Positions 1-13,113 of a stretch of 64,000 nt of DNA are shown piece by piece; within the stretch, counting starts at the first letter, position 1, and every line of letters begins with the position of its first letter. The position numbers and the translations under genes are program-made. Source of the stretch: Candidatus Dormiibacterota bacterium (GTDB taxonomy: Bacteria; Chloroflexota; Dormibacteria; Aeolococcales; Aeolococcaceae). The stretch covers positions 464,442-528,441 of the forward strand of contig CAVOMR010000002.1 of NCBI GenBank assembly GCA_963697085.1, given 5' to 3'. The notes beneath the pieces were generated by a model. It saw nothing but the letters and a program-made list of their open reading frames with translations. It was not told where the DNA came from and made no database searches.

Positions 1-127
1 CCTCCTCGGTGAGAACGCGCGCAATCTCGACCTTCATCTTCGACACCGGGATCTCCACGGTGCGGTGATGGGCCTGGTTGGCGTTGCGGATGCGGGTGAG
101 CATATCCGCGATGCTGTCACTGGTCAT
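1..127 (-). CDS. rpsH: 30S ribosomal protein S8, 5' portion (gene runs past window start)
   Basis: Minus-strand translation [42 protein letters not shown] matches the S8 N-terminus; sits immediately upstream (operon order) of S14. Confidence 0.85.
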   Translation of the reverse strand, partial: MTSDSIADMLTRIRNANQAHHRTVEIPVSKMKVEIARVLTEE

Positions 128-130
128 GGG

Positions 131-316
131 TCACCACGAACTCTTCTGGACGCCAGGAATCTGACCGATGCTGGCGAGTTGACGGAAACAGATCCGGCAC
201 ATGCCGAACTTGCGCATGTAGGCACGCGGGCGACCGCACACACCGCACCGGTGATGCGCCTGCGTGGAGTAACGGGCCGGTCGATTCGCCTTGGCGATCA
301 ACGACTTCTTTGCCAT
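131..316 (-). CDS. rpsZ: 30S ribosomal protein S14 type Z (61 aa, zinc-binding)
   Basis: [48 protein letters not shown] with CxxC..CxxC; the N-terminal 28 aa of ORF 131..400 in the track is a spurious upstream extension. Confidence 0.9.
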   Translation of the reverse strand: MAKKSLIAKANRPARYSTQAHHRCGVCGRPRAYMRKFGMCRICFRQLASIGQIPGVQKSSW

Positions 317-318
317 GC

Positions 319-882
319 CTAGCTCTTCCTGAAGGGCATGCCGAGCCCCGTGAGGAGAGCTCTGCCCTCCGCGTCGGTGCGGGCCGTCGTCACGATGCAC
401 ACCTCCAACCCGCGCAGTTTGTCGATCTTGTCGTAGTCGATCTCGGGGAACACGAGCTGCTCACGCAGCCCGAGCGTGTAGTTGCCGTGGCCGTCGAATG
501 CTTTCGGGTCGACGCCGCGGAAGTCGCGGATTCGGGGAAGCGCGACGTTGAGCAGCTTGTCGAGAAAGTCATACATGCGCCGGCCGCGCAGCGTCACCTT
601 GATGCCGATCGGCATCCCCTCGCGCAACTTGAACGCGGCGACCGACTTGCGCGCGCGGATCACGATCGGCGCCTGGCCGGTGATCTGCTTGAGATCGGCG
701 ATCGCGGCGTCGATCGCTCGCGCGTTGGTGATCGCCTCGCCCATGCCGATGTTCACGACGACCTTCTCGATCGACGGCACCTGCATGGCGTTGAGGTAGC
801 GGAACTCGGCGACCAGCGACGGCACGATCTCGTCGACATAGCGACGGCGGAGACGGGGCAGCTCTGCGACTTCGACTGCCAT
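319..882 (-). CDS. rplE: 50S ribosomal protein L5
   Basis: [27 protein letters not shown]...[23 protein letters not shown]; start taken at MAVEV; ATGA overlap with rplX stop. Confidence 0.9.
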   Translation of the reverse strand: MAVEVAELPRLRRRYVDEIVPSLVAEFRYLNAMQVPSIEKVVVNIGMGEAITNARAIDAAIADLKQITGQAPIVIRARKSVAAFKLREGMPIGIKVTLRGRRMYDFLDKLLNVALPRIRDFRGVDPKAFDGHGNYTLGLREQLVFPEIDYDKIDKLRGLEVCIVTTARTDAEGRALLTGLGMPFRKS

Positions 883-1286
883 CAGACCTGTGCCCTGTCG
901 TAGTGCTCGCCGCACTTCTTGCAGACGATCACGCTGCGGCCGAGCTCGTCGAGCCCGTGCGCGATCCGCGTCCGCTTGTCGCAGCGGTTGCAGACCAGCA
1001 TCACGTTGCTGTAGCTGATCGGCCCGTCGAAGTCGACGATGCCGCCCTGGATGTTGCCTTTCACGCCGGACTTGGTGTGGCGCTTGAGCACGTTGACGCC
1101 GCGCACCGCGACGCGCTGCTGCTCCGGGAGCAGGCGCTCGACGATGCCGCGCTTGCCCTTGTCCTTGCCGCTGAGGATCTCGACGTTGTCACCCCTGCGG
1201 ATGTCGAGTGCGCGCACATGCCCACCGGCCCAGCCCTCGTGGCGGAGAGTGGCCCGGCGCTTGCGTTCGACGCGTGGCGTCGGCAT
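882..1286 (-). CDS. rplX: 50S ribosomal protein L24 with C-terminal Cys4 zinc-ribbon-like extension
   Basis: [43 protein letters not shown] core L24, then ...[37 protein letters not shown]; N-terminal 25 aa may be an over-extension. Confidence 0.85.
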   Translation of the reverse strand: MPTPRVERKRRATLRHEGWAGGHVRALDIRRGDNVEILSGKDKGKRGIVERLLPEQQRVAVRGVNVLKRHTKSGVKGNIQGGIVDFDGPISYSNVMLVCNRCDKRTRIAHGLDELGRSVIVCKKCGEHYDRAQV

Positions 1287-1287
1287 G

Positions 1288-1656
1288 TCAGATGACCTCC
1301 GGCGCGAGGCTGACGATCTTCATGAAGTTGCGCTCGCGAAGCTCGCGCGCGACGGGTCCGAAGATGCGCGAGCCACGGGGGTTGTTCTGCGGGGTGATCA
1401 GCACTGCCGCGTTCTCGTCGAAGCGGATGTTGCTGCCGTCGGGCCGCTTGTACTCCTTGGTGGTGCGCACCACGACCGCGCGCACGACGTCGCCCTTCTT
1501 CACCTGCGCGTTCGGTGTCGCCACCTTCACCGCGCCGATGATCACATCGCCGACCGAGGCGTACTTGCGATAGCTGCCGCCGAGCACGCGGATGCAGAGC
1601 AACTCGCGGGCGCCGCTGTTGTCTGCCACTTTGAGCACGGATTCCTGCTGGATCAT
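1288..1656 (-). CDS. rplN: 50S ribosomal protein L14
   Basis: [28 protein letters not shown]...; canonical L14. Confidence 0.95.
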   Translation of the reverse strand: MIQQESVLKVADNSGARELLCIRVLGGSYRKYASVGDVIIGAVKVATPNAQVKKGDVVRAVVVRTTKEYKRPDGSNIRFDENAAVLITPQNNPRGSRIFGPVARELRERNFMKIVSLAPEVI

Positions 1657-1934
1657 GTCAGCGAGCCTTCTCCAGCACTTCCGCGACGCGCCAGCGAATC
1701 TCCTTGGAGATCGGGTCGCGTCTCGATGATCCGGACGCGATCGCCGACGCTGCAGCTCTCGTCGTCGTGCACCTTGAAGCGCGTGCTGTGCCGGACGACC
1801 TTCTTGTAGAGAGGATGCGGCTTGCTGATCTGGACCAGCACGATCACCGTCTTCTCCATCTTGTCGCTCACGACGACGCCGTCACGCACCTTGCGGCGCG
1901 GGCGCGGTGCCGGAGTCGCGTCACTCATCGACAT
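1653..1934 (-). CDS. rpsQ: 30S ribosomal protein S17 (apparent 1-nt frameshift near 3' end)
   Basis: [22 protein letters not shown]...[11 protein letters not shown], then the canonical C-terminus [18 protein letters not shown] is only read in the +1 frame after an extra C at about 1712 (homopolymer). Confidence 0.85.
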   Translation of the reverse strand: MSMSDATPAPRPRRKVRDGVVVSDKMEKTVIVLVQISKPHPLYKKVVRHSTRFKVHDDESCSVGDRVRIIETRPDLQGDSLARRGSAGEGSLT

Positions 1935-2331
1935 CCTCCTCGACGCCGGTGGTGTCGGCGATCTGCTCCTCGGGCTCCGGGGATTCGGCGGCGGGCACGG
2001 CTGCGGGAACGACCGCCGGGACCTGCAGGCGCGGTGTCGCCGGCTTTGCCTTGGGCTTGGGTTTGGCTGGCGCCTTCGCGGGCGTGGCCGCGGGAGTGGA
2101 CGCGGCGAGGACGAGCTCGGGACGGAGCCCGCGCTCGATCTCGATCTTCACGGTCATCGCACGCGCGATCTCGTGCCGGATCTCACGCACCTGCCGGTGG
2201 TTCTCGACCTGCCCCGTCGCCTGCTGGAAGCGCACCTCGAAGAGACGCCTGCGCTGCTTGCTCAGGTAGTCGTCGAGCTCGGGCATGGTGAGGCGGCGCA
2301 ACTCGATCAGCGACTCGGTCTGCTTGGTCAT
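1921..2331 (-). CDS. rpmC: 50S ribosomal protein L29 with about 68-aa Ala/Pro/Lys-rich then acidic C-terminal tail
   Basis: [62 protein letters not shown] = L29; embedded at the C-terminal end of the spurious 411-aa ORF 1921..3156; ATGA overlap with rplP. Confidence 0.85.
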   Translation of the reverse strand: MTKQTESLIELRRLTMPELDDYLSKQRRRLFEVRFQQATGQVENHRQVREIRHEIARAMTVKIEIERGLRPELVLAASTPAATPAKAPAKPKPKAKPATPRLQVPAVVPAAVPAAESPEPEEQIADTTGVEEDVDE

Positions 2332-2768
2332 ACCGTCGTCGCCTCGAGATCGGCGCCGGTCTCCTCGCGCTGCAGGAAGCGGGTCTTGATCGGCAGCTTG
2401 AACGCGGCGAGGCGCATCGCCTCCTGGGCGGTCTCGCGCGTGACGCCGGCCATCTCGAAGAGCACCCGTCCGGGAAGCACGACGGCGACCCAGCCCTCGG
2501 GCTGGCCCTTGCCGCTTCCCATCCGGGTCTCGGCCGGCTTCTTCGTGAAGGCGTGGTCGGGGAAGATCCGGATCCAGATCTTGCCGCCGCGCTTGACGTG
2601 ACGGGTCATCGCGCGCCGGGCTGCCTCGATCTGGCGGTTGGTCATCCAGCACTGCTCGACCGCCTGCAACCCGTAGGTGCCGAAGTCGAGCTTGTTGCCA
2701 CGCTGCGCGGCGCCGGTCCGGCGTCCGCGATGGAGCTTGCGATGCTTGGTTCGCTTGGGCATCAGCAT
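2328..2768 (-). CDS. rplP: 50S ribosomal protein L16
   Basis: [36 protein letters not shown]... Confidence 0.95.
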   Translation of the reverse strand: MLMPKRTKHRKLHRGRRTGAAQRGNKLDFGTYGLQAVEQCWMTNRQIEAARRAMTRHVKRGGKIWIRIFPDHAFTKKPAETRMGSGKGQPEGWVAVVLPGRVLFEMAGVTRETAQEAMRLAAFKLPIKTRFLQREETGADLEATTV

Positions 2769-2770
2769 CG

Positions 2771-3787
2771 CTACTCCTCCTCTTCCTCGACGGTCTCGGC
2801 GGGGACGTCGGTCTTCTTGATCGCCTTCTTGGGCGCGCGAGCCACCGACGTGGGCTTCTTGGCGACGACCGGCTTGCGCCGGGCGGGCGCCCGCTTGGGC
2901 GTGAGCTTCTCGACCTTCTCGCCGTCCGCGGCGGGGTCGACGCCTGCCGCCGCGATGATCTCCGCGTCCTCATCGATCTCGACGACGTCCTCGGCCGGGG
3001 TCTCGACCTCGACCTCCGCCTCGGGCTCGGCGACCTCGAGCGACACCTCCGCGGTCTCCACCTGCGCCTCGGTCGCGATGCGCGGCGCGGCTGCCGGCAC
3101 GCGGTCCTCGAGGCCGCGGTCCTCCGTGCGGTCCTTGCCCGCCGCGATCGGCTCACCGGTCGCGGTCACGAAGTCACCGAGATACAGCCAGCACTGGACG
3201 CCGATGCGGCCGAACGTGGTGCGCGCCTCTGCCTTGCCGTAGTCGATGTTGGCGCGCAGGGTGTGGAGCGGCACGCGACCGTCGCGGTCCCACTCGCGGC
3301 GGGACATCTCCGAGCCGCCGAGCCTGCCGCTGACCTGGATCTTCACGCCCTTGGCGCCGGCACGCATGCTCCGCATCAGTGTCTGCTTGAGCGCGCGGCG
3401 GAACGCGATGCGCTTCTCGAGCTGCGAGGCGACGTTCTCGGCGACGAGCGTCGCGTCCAGCTCCGGCGTCTTGATCTCGTGGATGGTGACGCGCACCTTC
3501 TTGCCGGAGATCCGCTCGAGCTCGTCACGGAGCGCGTCGACGGACGCACCCTGCTTGCCGATGACGATGCCGGGCTTCGCGGTCTGGATGATCACCGTGA
3601 GCTGGTTGGCGCTGCGCTCGGTCTCGATACGCGCGAGGCCGGCGTTGCGCAGACGGCTGCTGATCAGCCGGCGCATCGCGATGTCCTCGTGCAGCAGCTT
3701 CGTGTAGTCCTTGTCGGCGTACCAGCGCGCATCCCAGTTGCGGTAGATGCCGAGCCGGAAACCGATCGGATTGACTTTCTGACCCAT
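2771..3787 (-). CDS. rpsC: 30S ribosomal protein S3 with about 110-aa low-complexity acidic/basic C-terminal extension
   Basis: [28 protein letters not shown]... KH domain; tail [28 protein letters not shown]...[29 protein letters not shown]. Confidence 0.92.
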   Translation of the reverse strand: MGQKVNPIGFRLGIYRNWDARWYADKDYTKLLHEDIAMRRLISSRLRNAGLARIETERSANQLTVIIQTAKPGIVIGKQGASVDALRDELERISGKKVRVTIHEIKTPELDATLVAENVASQLEKRIAFRRALKQTLMRSMRAGAKGVKIQVSGRLGGSEMSRREWDRDGRVPLHTLRANIDYGKAEARTTFGRIGVQCWLYLGDFVTATGEPIAAGKDRTEDRGLEDRVPAAAPRIATEAQVETAEVSLEVAEPEAEVEVETPAEDVVEIDEDAEIIAAAGVDPAADGEKVEKLTPKRAPARRKPVVAKKPTSVARAPKKAIKKTDVPAETVEEEEE

Positions 3788-4294
3788 CTACTCGGCCTCT
3801 TCCTTGGGTGGCTTGGGTGCGCGGCGGCGCGCGGGTCGCGGAGTCGCGGGAGCGGCGGCGCCCGCTGCGGGGGTTGCGGCTGCCGCGGGCGCGACCACCG
3901 GCGTCGGCACGACGGTGCGCGGCAACTTCACGGCGCTGCGACGCCGCACGTTGTCGGGCATCTCGTCATCGGTGACGAATGCGCGCAGATGGCTGGTCCG
4001 CTTGAAGATGCTGCCCGCCATGCCACGCGGCTTGGCGCGCCAGCGCTTGATGATCATCGCGCCGTCAACCTCGACACGCGCGACGCGCAGCGACGATGCG
4101 TCGAGGTTGTAGTTGTGCTCGGCATTCGCGGCCGCGGACTTGATCACCTTCGCGATGTCCACCGCGGCGGAACGCGGCGAGTAGCGCAGCACGACGAGCG
4201 CCTCGGCGACGGGCAGCCCGGTGACCATCGCGGAGACGAGGCGAGCCTTGCGAGCAGTGGTGCGAACCCATTTCGCGGTTGCGACGACTTCCAT
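3788..4294 (-). CDS. rplV: 50S ribosomal protein L22 with Ala/Pro-rich C-terminal extension
   Basis: MEVVATAKWVRTTARKARLVSAMVTGLPVAEALVVLRYSPRSAAVDIAKVIKSA...; start set at MEVVA inside track ORF 3788..4489. Confidence 0.9.
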   Translation of the reverse strand: MEVVATAKWVRTTARKARLVSAMVTGLPVAEALVVLRYSPRSAAVDIAKVIKSAAANAEHNYNLDASSLRVARVEVDGAMIIKRWRAKPRGMAGSIFKRTSHLRAFVTDDEMPDNVRRRSAVKLPRTVVPTPVVAPAAAATPAAGAAAPATPRPARRRAPKPPKEEAE

Positions 4295-4302
4295 CCCAAC
4301 CC

Positions 4303-4587
4303 CTACTTCAGCGCCGTGCTGCGTTCGGTGTGGTGCCCGTGCCCGCGATACCTGCGGGTGTGGGCGAACTCGCCGAGCTTGTGGCCGACCATCGTCTCGG
4401 TGATGAGCACGGGCACGTGCTTGCGTCCGTCGTGCACGGCGATCGTGTGGCCGACCATCTCCGGGAAGATGTCGCTGCGTCGCGACCACGTCTTGATGAT
4501 TCGCTTCTCACGCGACATGTTGAGCTGCTGCACCTTCTTGAGAAGGTGGTCGTCGCAGAACGGTCCTTTCTTGAGCGAGCGGCCCAT
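4303..4587 (-). CDS. rpsS: 30S ribosomal protein S19
   Basis: [23 protein letters not shown]...[16 protein letters not shown]. Confidence 0.95.
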   Translation of the reverse strand: MGRSLKKGPFCDDHLLKKVQQLNMSREKRIIKTWSRRSDIFPEMVGHTIAVHDGRKHVPVLITETMVGHKLGEFAHTRRYRGHGHHTERSTALK

Positions 4588-4589
4588 GG

Positions 4590-5414
4590 CTACTTGTCCC
4601 GCCGGCGCACGATCAGGCGATCAGTGCTCTTGTTGTGACGTGTCCGGAAGCCGAGCGCCGGCTTGCCCCAGGGCGTCTGAGGATGGCCACCGGCACCGCT
4701 GCGTCCCTCACCACCACCGTGGGGATGGTCGAACGGGTTCATGGTCATGCCGCGCACGGAGGGACGGATGCCCCGCCAGCGCGACTTGCCGGCCTTGCCG
4801 ATGACTTCGTTCTCGTGGTCGACGTTGCCGACCTGGCCGATCGTCGCCCGGCAGCGCACGTCGACGAGACGCACCTCGCCACTGGGCATGCGCACCTGCG
4901 CATACGAGCCCTCCTTGGCGAGCAGCTGTGCTGCCGTCCCCGCACTGCGCACCAGCTGGCCGCCGCGCCCGAGCTTGACCTCGAGGTTGTGGATCGTGGT
5001 GCCGAGCGGGATGTTGGCGATGGGCAGCGCGCACCCGGGACGGATCTCGGCGGCGTCGCCCGAGCTGACCACATCACCGACGCTCAGCCCGTGCGGCGAG
5101 AGGATGTAGCGCTTGTCGCCGTCCGCGTAGACGACGAGCGCGATGCGCGCGCTGCGGTTCGGATCGTATTCGATGGTCTTCACCTTGGCCGGGACGCCGT
5201 CCTTGAGGCGCTTGAAATCGATGATCCGGTAGGTCTTCTTGTGACCACCGCCCTGATGTCGCACCGTGATGCGGCCGGACGCGTTGCGCCCGCTGTGCTT
5301 CTTGAGGTGCTCGACGAGTCCTCGTTGCGGTGCCTCCTTGGTGACACCTTCGAAGCTGCTCACCGACATGAAGCGGCGGCCCGGGCTGGTTGGCTTGTAT
5401 TTCTTCGTTGGCAT
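4590..5414 (-). CDS. rplB: 50S ribosomal protein L2
   Basis: [26 protein letters not shown]...[30 protein letters not shown]. Confidence 0.95.
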   Translation of the reverse strand: MPTKKYKPTSPGRRFMSVSSFEGVTKEAPQRGLVEHLKKHSGRNASGRITVRHQGGGHKKTYRIIDFKRLKDGVPAKVKTIEYDPNRSARIALVVYADGDKRYILSPHGLSVGDVVSSGDAAEIRPGCALPIANIPLGTTIHNLEVKLGRGGQLVRSAGTAAQLLAKEGSYAQVRMPSGEVRLVDVRCRATIGQVGNVDHENEVIGKAGKSRWRGIRPSVRGMTMNPFDHPHGGGEGRSGAGGHPQTPWGKPALGFRTRHNKSTDRLIVRRRDK

Positions 5415-5420
5415 TACTGA

Positions 5421-5741
5421 CTAGACGCCTTCAAACAGGCCTTCGATCTTCTGGCCCGCGCCGAGAGTCACGATTGCCTTCTTCCACTTGGGGCTCGCTC
5501 CGATGACGCGCGTCTGACCGCGTGACCGGCGACGCGTCTTGCCGCGCACGTTGACGGTGTTGACGTCGACGACGGTGATCTTCTGGTCGGCGAACGCCTC
5601 TTCGAGCGCCCGCCGGATCTGGATCTTCGTGGCCGACGGATGGCAGCGGAACACGTAGCGTCCCGACGCCATCGATGCGTATGACTTCTCGCTGATCACC
5701 GGGAGCACGAGCACCTGCTCGAAGCTGCGCTCGCCACTCAT
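5421..5741 (-). CDS. rplW: 50S ribosomal protein L23
   Basis: [50 protein letters not shown]...; C-terminal part of track ORF 5421..6371; ATGA overlap with rplD stop. Confidence 0.9.
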   Translation of the reverse strand: MSGERSFEQVLVLPVISEKSYASMASGRYVFRCHPSATKIQIRRALEEAFADQKITVVDVNTVNVRGKTRRRSRGQTRVIGASPKWKKAIVTLGAGQKIEGLFEGV

Positions 5742-6361
5742 GCGAAGGCCTCCTCGATGTGCTCGATGGCGTCGCGGGTGACGATCACGGTTTCCGCCAT
5801 GAGCAGGTCGCGCACCGAGAGGTTGCCGGCGAGCGTCACCTGGACCTCGGCGATGTTGCGGGCGCTCTTCTCGAGCATCTCGTTGTGCGAGCCGAGGACG
5901 ACGAGCACGCGCCTGCCCGCCTCGACGCTGCGGAGGAGATCGGTCACGGCGCGGGTGTGCGGCACCTCGAGCGTGAACGCGTCGAGGACGACCACCCCCC
6001 CGTCCTGAGCCTTGGACGACAGCGCGCTGCGCAACGCGAGGCGCCGCTGCTTGCGCGGCATCTCCATGCGGTAGGAGCGTGGATGCGGACCGAAGACGAC
6101 GCCGCCACCCTCCCAGTGCGGAGCACGGCTCGAGCCCTGACGAGCGCGACCGGTGCCCTTCTGGCGCCACGGCTTGCGACCGCCGCCACGCACATCGCTG
6201 CGGGTCTTGGTCGATGCGGTGCCCTGGCGTCCGTTGGCGAGCTGGCGGAGCAGCGCCTGGTGCATCACGGGCTCGTTCGGCTCGATGCCGAAGATCGACT
6301 CGGGGAGCTCGACGTTGCCGGTCACAGCGCCGGCCTGGTCGACGACGCGCGCGCTGCTCAT
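5738..6361 (-). CDS. rplD: 50S ribosomal protein L4
   Basis: ...[39 protein letters not shown]... Confidence 0.95.
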   Translation of the reverse strand: MSSARVVDQAGAVTGNVELPESIFGIEPNEPVMHQALLRQLANGRQGTASTKTRSDVRGGGRKPWRQKGTGRARQGSSRAPHWEGGGVVFGPHPRSYRMEMPRKQRRLALRSALSSKAQDGGVVVLDAFTLEVPHTRAVTDLLRSVEAGRRVLVVLGSHNEMLEKSARNIAEVQVTLAGNLSVRDLLMAETVIVTRDAIEHIEEAFA

Positions 6362-6999
6362 TGTGCGTCACCGAGCGTTGCGGAGCGGTCGGAGTCGCGC
6401 ACCATCACCACCGCGTTCTTGTGCCCGGGCACGGATCCGTGCACGAGGAGCAGATTGCGCTCGCCGTCGACGCGGACCACCTCGAGGTTGCGCACGGTCA
6501 CCTGCGACGCGCCGTGATGGCCCGCCATCTTCAATCCCTTGAAGACGCGCGCGGCATCGGTCGACCCGATCGAGCCCGCCTGCTTGATGTTGTGCGAGCC
6601 GTGCGAGACCGGGCCGCGATGAAAGTTGTGGCGCTTGTGCTGGCCCGAGAATCCCTTGCCCTGGCTCACACCGGTGACATCGATGCGCTGCCCGGCGCTG
6701 AACATCTCGACCGTGAGGCGGGTGCCGACCGCGACGTCGCCGGCGTCGCGCAGCTCCTGGAGCGTGTTCTGCGGCTGAAGCCCGGCGCGCTTGTAGTGAC
6801 CGCGCATGGGCTTGGGTGTGCGCTTGAGCGTCTTCTCGCCGAAGCCGAGCTGCACCGCCTCGTACCCGTCGACGGGCACGGTCTTGCGCTGCACCACGTT
6901 GCACGTGTCGGCCTCGAGCACCGTCACGGGAACCGACGTTCCCTGCGGCGTGAAGATCTGGGTCATGCCCACCTTGCGGGCGAGAATCCCTTTGCTCAC
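6358..6999 (-). CDS. rplC: 50S ribosomal protein L3
   Basis: [29 protein letters not shown]...[23 protein letters not shown]. Confidence 0.95.
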   Translation of the reverse strand: MSKGILARKVGMTQIFTPQGTSVPVTVLEADTCNVVQRKTVPVDGYEAVQLGFGEKTLKRTPKPMRGHYKRAGLQPQNTLQELRDAGDVAVGTRLTVEMFSAGQRIDVTGVSQGKGFSGQHKRHNFHRGPVSHGSHNIKQAGSIGSTDAARVFKGLKMAGHHGASQVTVRNLEVVRVDGERNLLLVHGSVPGHKNAVVMVRDSDRSATLGDAQ

Positions 7000-7301
7000 A
7001 GCTTGATCTCGATGTTGACGCCACTCGGCAGGTTCAGGCGCATGAGCGCGTCGACCACCTTCGGGTTCGCGTCGAGGATGTCGAGGATCCGCTTGTGCGT
7101 GCGCATCTCGAACTGCTCGCGCGAGTCCTTGTCGATGAACGGCGACCGCACGACCGTGTACTTGTTGATGGTCGTCGGCAGCGGCACCGGTCCCGCCACA
7201 CGCGTGCCCGTCCGGGTGGCCGTCTCCACGATCTTGGACGCGGCCTGATCGAGGACGCGGTGATCGTATGCCTTGAGGCGGATGCGGATCTTCTGGGGCA
7301 C
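6996..7301 (-). CDS. rpsJ: 30S ribosomal protein S10
   Basis: [43 protein letters not shown]... Confidence 0.95.
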   Translation of the reverse strand: MPQKIRIRLKAYDHRVLDQAASKIVETATRTGTRVAGPVPLPTTINKYTVVRSPFIDKDSREQFEMRTHKRILDILDANPKVVDALMRLNLPSGVNIEIKL

Positions 7302-7340
7302 GGCGGTTCTGGTGTTCCTCTGCTCTCTGTCTGGTCTTGC

Positions 7341-8531
7341 CTATTTCTCGATGCTGGTCACGGCGCCGGCACCCACGGTGCGACCGCCTTCGCGGATCGC
7401 GAAGCGCATGCCGTCCTCGACCGCGATCGGGGTGATCAGCTCGATGCCCATCTCGACGTTGTCACCGGGCATGCACATCTCCTGGCCGTCCGGGAGCGCG
7501 ATGGTACCGGTCACGTCGGTGGTCCTGATGTAGAACTGCGGACGGTATCCGGTGAAGAACGGCGTGTGCCGTCCACCCTCGTCCTTGCTCAGCACGTACA
7601 CCTGGGCCTTGAACTTCGTGTGCGGCGTGATGGTTCCCGCCTTGGCGAGCACCTGGCCACGCTCGACGTCCTCGCGCTTGACGCCGCGCAGCAGGCAGCC
7701 GACGTTCATGCCCGCCTCACCCGCGTCGAGCAGCTTGTGGAACATCTCCACGCCGGTGACCGTCGACTTGGTGGTGTCCTTGATCCCGACGATCTCGACC
7801 TGCTCGTTCACCTTGACGATCCCGCGCTCGATGCGGCCGGTGACGACGGTCCCGCGACCTTCGATCGAGAACACGTCCTCGATCGGCATCATGAACGGCT
7901 TGTCGACCGGCCGGGTCGGCACGGGGATGTAGGTGTCGACTGCGTCCATGAGCTTGAGGACGCCCTCGACGGCTTCCTTGTCGCCTTCGAGCGCCTTGAG
8001 AGCGGAGACGCGCACGACGGGGATGTCGTCGCCGGGGAAGTCGTACTTGCTGAGCAGCTCGCGGATCTCGAGCTCGACCAGCTCGAGCAGCTCCTCGTCA
8101 TCGACCGCGTCGCACTTGTTCAGCGCGACGACGATGTACGGCACGCCGACCTGCCGCGCCAGCACGATGTGCTCGCGTGTCTGCGGCATGGGACCGTCGG
8201 TCGCCGCGACCACGAGGATCGCGCCGTCCATCTGGGCTGCGCCGGTGATCATGTTCTTGATGTAGTCGGCATGTCCGGGGCAGTCGACGTGCGCGTAGTG
8301 GCGCGTCTTCGTCTCGTACTCGACGTGCGCGGTCGCGATCGTGATACCGCGCGCCTTCTCTTCCGGAGCGTTGTCGATCTTGTCGAACGACACGAAGGCG
8401 TTGTCGCCACCGACGCTCTCCTGGAGGGCCTTGGTGATGGCAGCAGTCAGCGTGGTCTTCCCATGGTCGATGTGACCGATGGTTCCGACGTTCACGTGCG
8501 GCTTGGTGCTTGCGTATTTCTTCTTGCCCAT
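7341..8531 (-). CDS. tuf: Elongation factor Tu
   Basis: [36 protein letters not shown]...; 396 aa, G1-G5 motifs. Confidence 0.97.
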   Translation of the reverse strand: MGKKKYASTKPHVNVGTIGHIDHGKTTLTAAITKALQESVGGDNAFVSFDKIDNAPEEKARGITIATAHVEYETKTRHYAHVDCPGHADYIKNMITGAAQMDGAILVVAATDGPMPQTREHIVLARQVGVPYIVVALNKCDAVDDEELLELVELEIRELLSKYDFPGDDIPVVRVSALKALEGDKEAVEGVLKLMDAVDTYIPVPTRPVDKPFMMPIEDVFSIEGRGTVVTGRIERGIVKVNEQVEIVGIKDTTKSTVTGVEMFHKLLDAGEAGMNVGCLLRGVKREDVERGQVLAKAGTITPHTKFKAQVYVLSKDEGGRHTPFFTGYRPQFYIRTTDVTGTIALPDGQEMCMPGDNVEMGIELITPIAVEDGMRFAIREGGRTVGAGAVTSIEK

Positions 8532-8572
8532 TTCGTGCCTCTACTGAACTCCTGCTCTCTCCGTTGTCTCAG

Positions 8573-10661
<2,089 letters not shown>

Positions 10662-10663
<2 letters not shown>

Positions 10664-11132
10664 AGTACCGGAAATGCGAGAAGGCCTTGTTCGACTCGGC
10701 CATCTTGTGGGTGTCTTCCTTGCGCTTGATCGACGCGCCGACGCCGTTCGCGGCATCCATCAGCTCGCCGGCGAGCTTCTCGGACATGCTCTTGCCACCG
10801 CGGCCACGGGCGTAGCGGATGATCCAGCGCCGGGCGAGCGCCTGACGGCGGTCGTGGCGGATCTCAACAGGGACCTGATACGTCGCGCCGCCGACCCGCT
10901 TGGGCTTGACCTCGAGGATCGGGGTGACGTTGCGGATGGCCTGGTCGAAGACGTCGAGCGGCTCCTTGCGCGACGACTTGCGGATCTTCTCGAAGGAGTC
11001 GTAGACGATCTTCTCGGCGATGCTCTTCTTGCCCGCGAGCATGATGCAGTTCACGAATTTCGCCAGTCCAACGCTCCCGTAGATCGGGTCGGGCAGGATG
11101 ACGCGTTTCTGGACGCGGGCGCGGCGTGGCAT
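10662..11132 (-). CDS. rpsG: 30S ribosomal protein S7
   Basis: [44 protein letters not shown]... Confidence 0.95.
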
Positions 11133-11140
11133 GAGGTGTC

Positions 11141-11521
<381 letters not shown>

Positions 11522-11882
11522 GACCCGTCCGTTTATGAGAATTGCGCGAAGCCACGAATCAGCGCGCGCGAATACGAGGAACGCTCGTGGAGCGAAGCGA
11601 CAGCCTACCAGAGGTTGAGTTCACACGTCAAACCGGAATTGGCGGCTCCGCTCAGAGGATCCGCCGGTCGCGGCACACGGCACCAACCGGGCGACCCTGC
11701 TACGATTTCGGCCTTCCAGCAGACGACATGCCGTCGTCCGTTCGCCGAAGACCGCAGGCGCGGAACTCGCTCCGCTCAATCTCCTGCGCAGGTGGGCAAG
11801 GCTGCCGGATCGTGCCCTCGGGCGCGGCCCAGCGCCGTACTCCCGCCGTCGGCGGAGGCACGGCACCCGACGGAGGCAGCCG
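11522..11882. promoter_or_regulatory. Divergent intergenic region between rpsL (minus) and rplJ (plus); expected to hold both promoters and an rplJ leader; GC-rich hairpins present (e.g. gacgac-atgcc-gtcgtc near 11724-11740, ccgtcgg...ccgacgg near 11835-11865)
   Basis: 361-bp gap with no convincing ORF; inverted repeats read directly from the sequence; promoter -10/-35 elements not confidently placed. Confidence 0.35.
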
Positions 11883-12433
11883 ATGGCGTCCAGCACCGAC
11901 AAGGCTCAGGTGACCCGAGCAGGCGCGCGCAAGGTCGCGTCGGTCACGCACCTGACCGAGTTGCTCTCGAAAGCGACCTCCGCGGTGGTCACCGACTATC
12001 GAGGGCTCACCGTTCGACAGCTCGAGGACCTCCGCGGCAAGCTCCGCAACGAGGGCATCGACTACGTCGTCGTCAAGAACACCCTCGCCCGCCGCGCCGC
12101 GGTGGACTCGGGCTCCGCGGATTTCGCCACCGTGCTCACCGGCCCGTGGGCCTGGCGATCGGGTACGGCGATCTCTCGGCGCCGGCCCGCATCCTGTTCG
12201 AGCACTTCCGCTCGACGCGAACCCTGCCGCTCGTCGCCGGGCTTGCCGAAGGGCAGGTCCTCGACGCCAACGAGGTTCGCACCCTCGCCGAGCTGCCGTC
12301 TCGCGACGTGCTCCTCGCCCGTCTCGCCGCCGCCCTGCTCGGGCCGCTCTCCGCGCTGGCCGCGGCACTCGACTCACCTCAATCCACGCTCGCGGCGACC
12401 CTCGAGGCCTACCGCGACAAGCTCGCCGCCTAG
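11883..12433 (+). CDS. rplJ: 50S ribosomal protein L10 (apparent -1 frameshift near 12146)
   Basis: N-terminal part [88 protein letters not shown] in frame 0; conserved remainder [39 protein letters not shown]...YRDKLAA* in frame 2 (inside track ORF 11234..12433). Confidence 0.85.
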
Positions 12434-12473
12434 TCCGGCACCAGCCCTCACGCACAGTAATCAAGGAGAAGCA

Positions 12474-12860
12474 ATGGCAACCAAGACCCTGACCCCCGAG
12501 GAGTTCGTCGACGCGCTGCAGACCTGGACGGTTCTCGACGTCGTCAACGCCGTGAAACTCATGGAAGACAAGCTCGGCATCAAGGCCGCAGCCCCGGTCG
12601 CCGCGGCTGCCGCACCGGCCGCCGCCGCAGAGGCCGCCGCCGAGGAGCAGACCGAGTTCTCGGTCATCCTGCTCGGACCCGGCGACGCCAAGATCAACGT
12701 GATCAAAGCCGTTCGCGAGATCACCGGCCTCGGCCTGAAGGAGGCCAAGGACCTGGTCGACGCCGCCCCGAAGGCGATCCGCGAGGCGATCCCGCGCGCC
12801 GAGGCGGACGCGCACAAGGCGAAGCTCGAGGAGGCCGGCGCCAGCGTCGAGATCAAGTAG
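12474..12860 (+). CDS. rplL: 50S ribosomal protein L7/L12
   Basis: [128 protein letters not shown]; preceded by AAGGAGAAG RBS. Confidence 0.95.
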   Translation: MATKTLTPEEFVDALQTWTVLDVVNAVKLMEDKLGIKAAAPVAAAAAPAAAAEAAAEEQTEFSVILLGPGDAKINVIKAVREITGLGLKEAKDLVDAAPKAIREAIPRAEADAHKAKLEEAGASVEIK

Positions 12861-12874
12861 TCGAATGCAAGGGC

Positions 12875-12904
12875 TGCAGGCGTCCGGGTGGGCGGGCGCC
12901 TGCA
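12875..12904 (+). terminator. Putative rplL-rpoB attenuator hairpin (8-bp perfect stem tgcaggcg / cgcctgca, about 14-nt loop)
   Basis: Inverted repeat read directly 15 nt after the rplL stop; no strong U-tract, so probably a partial terminator/attenuator like the one known between rplL and rpoB in other bacteria. Confidence 0.35.
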
Positions 12905-13113
12905 CGCCGCGTGCCGTTTGAAGACACGCTGCCGGTGGTAAAGACCATCGGCAACATGTTCTTCGGATCCGTCAGCATGCCCCGGAGCCAGAGCGCGCCA
13001 ATCAGGCCGAACGAACTCTGAAGGCTTCCCAGCGCAGGTTTTTGCTACGATACGGGATTGTGCCCGTCGCCGCGCATGCCCGCGCGCATTCCTTCTCGGG
13101 GGAACTCTAGCAT

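Noticed and set aside
1921-3156. 411-aa minus-strand ORF, Arg/Pro/Ser-rich
   Set aside because: Alternative frame overlapping rplP and rpsC. Only its C-terminal 136 aa (L29) are real. The rest is a GC-driven spurious ORF.
11700-12905. 401-aa minus-strand ORF
   Set aside because: Antisense to rplJ/rplL, which have unambiguous homology. Gly/Arg-rich junk.
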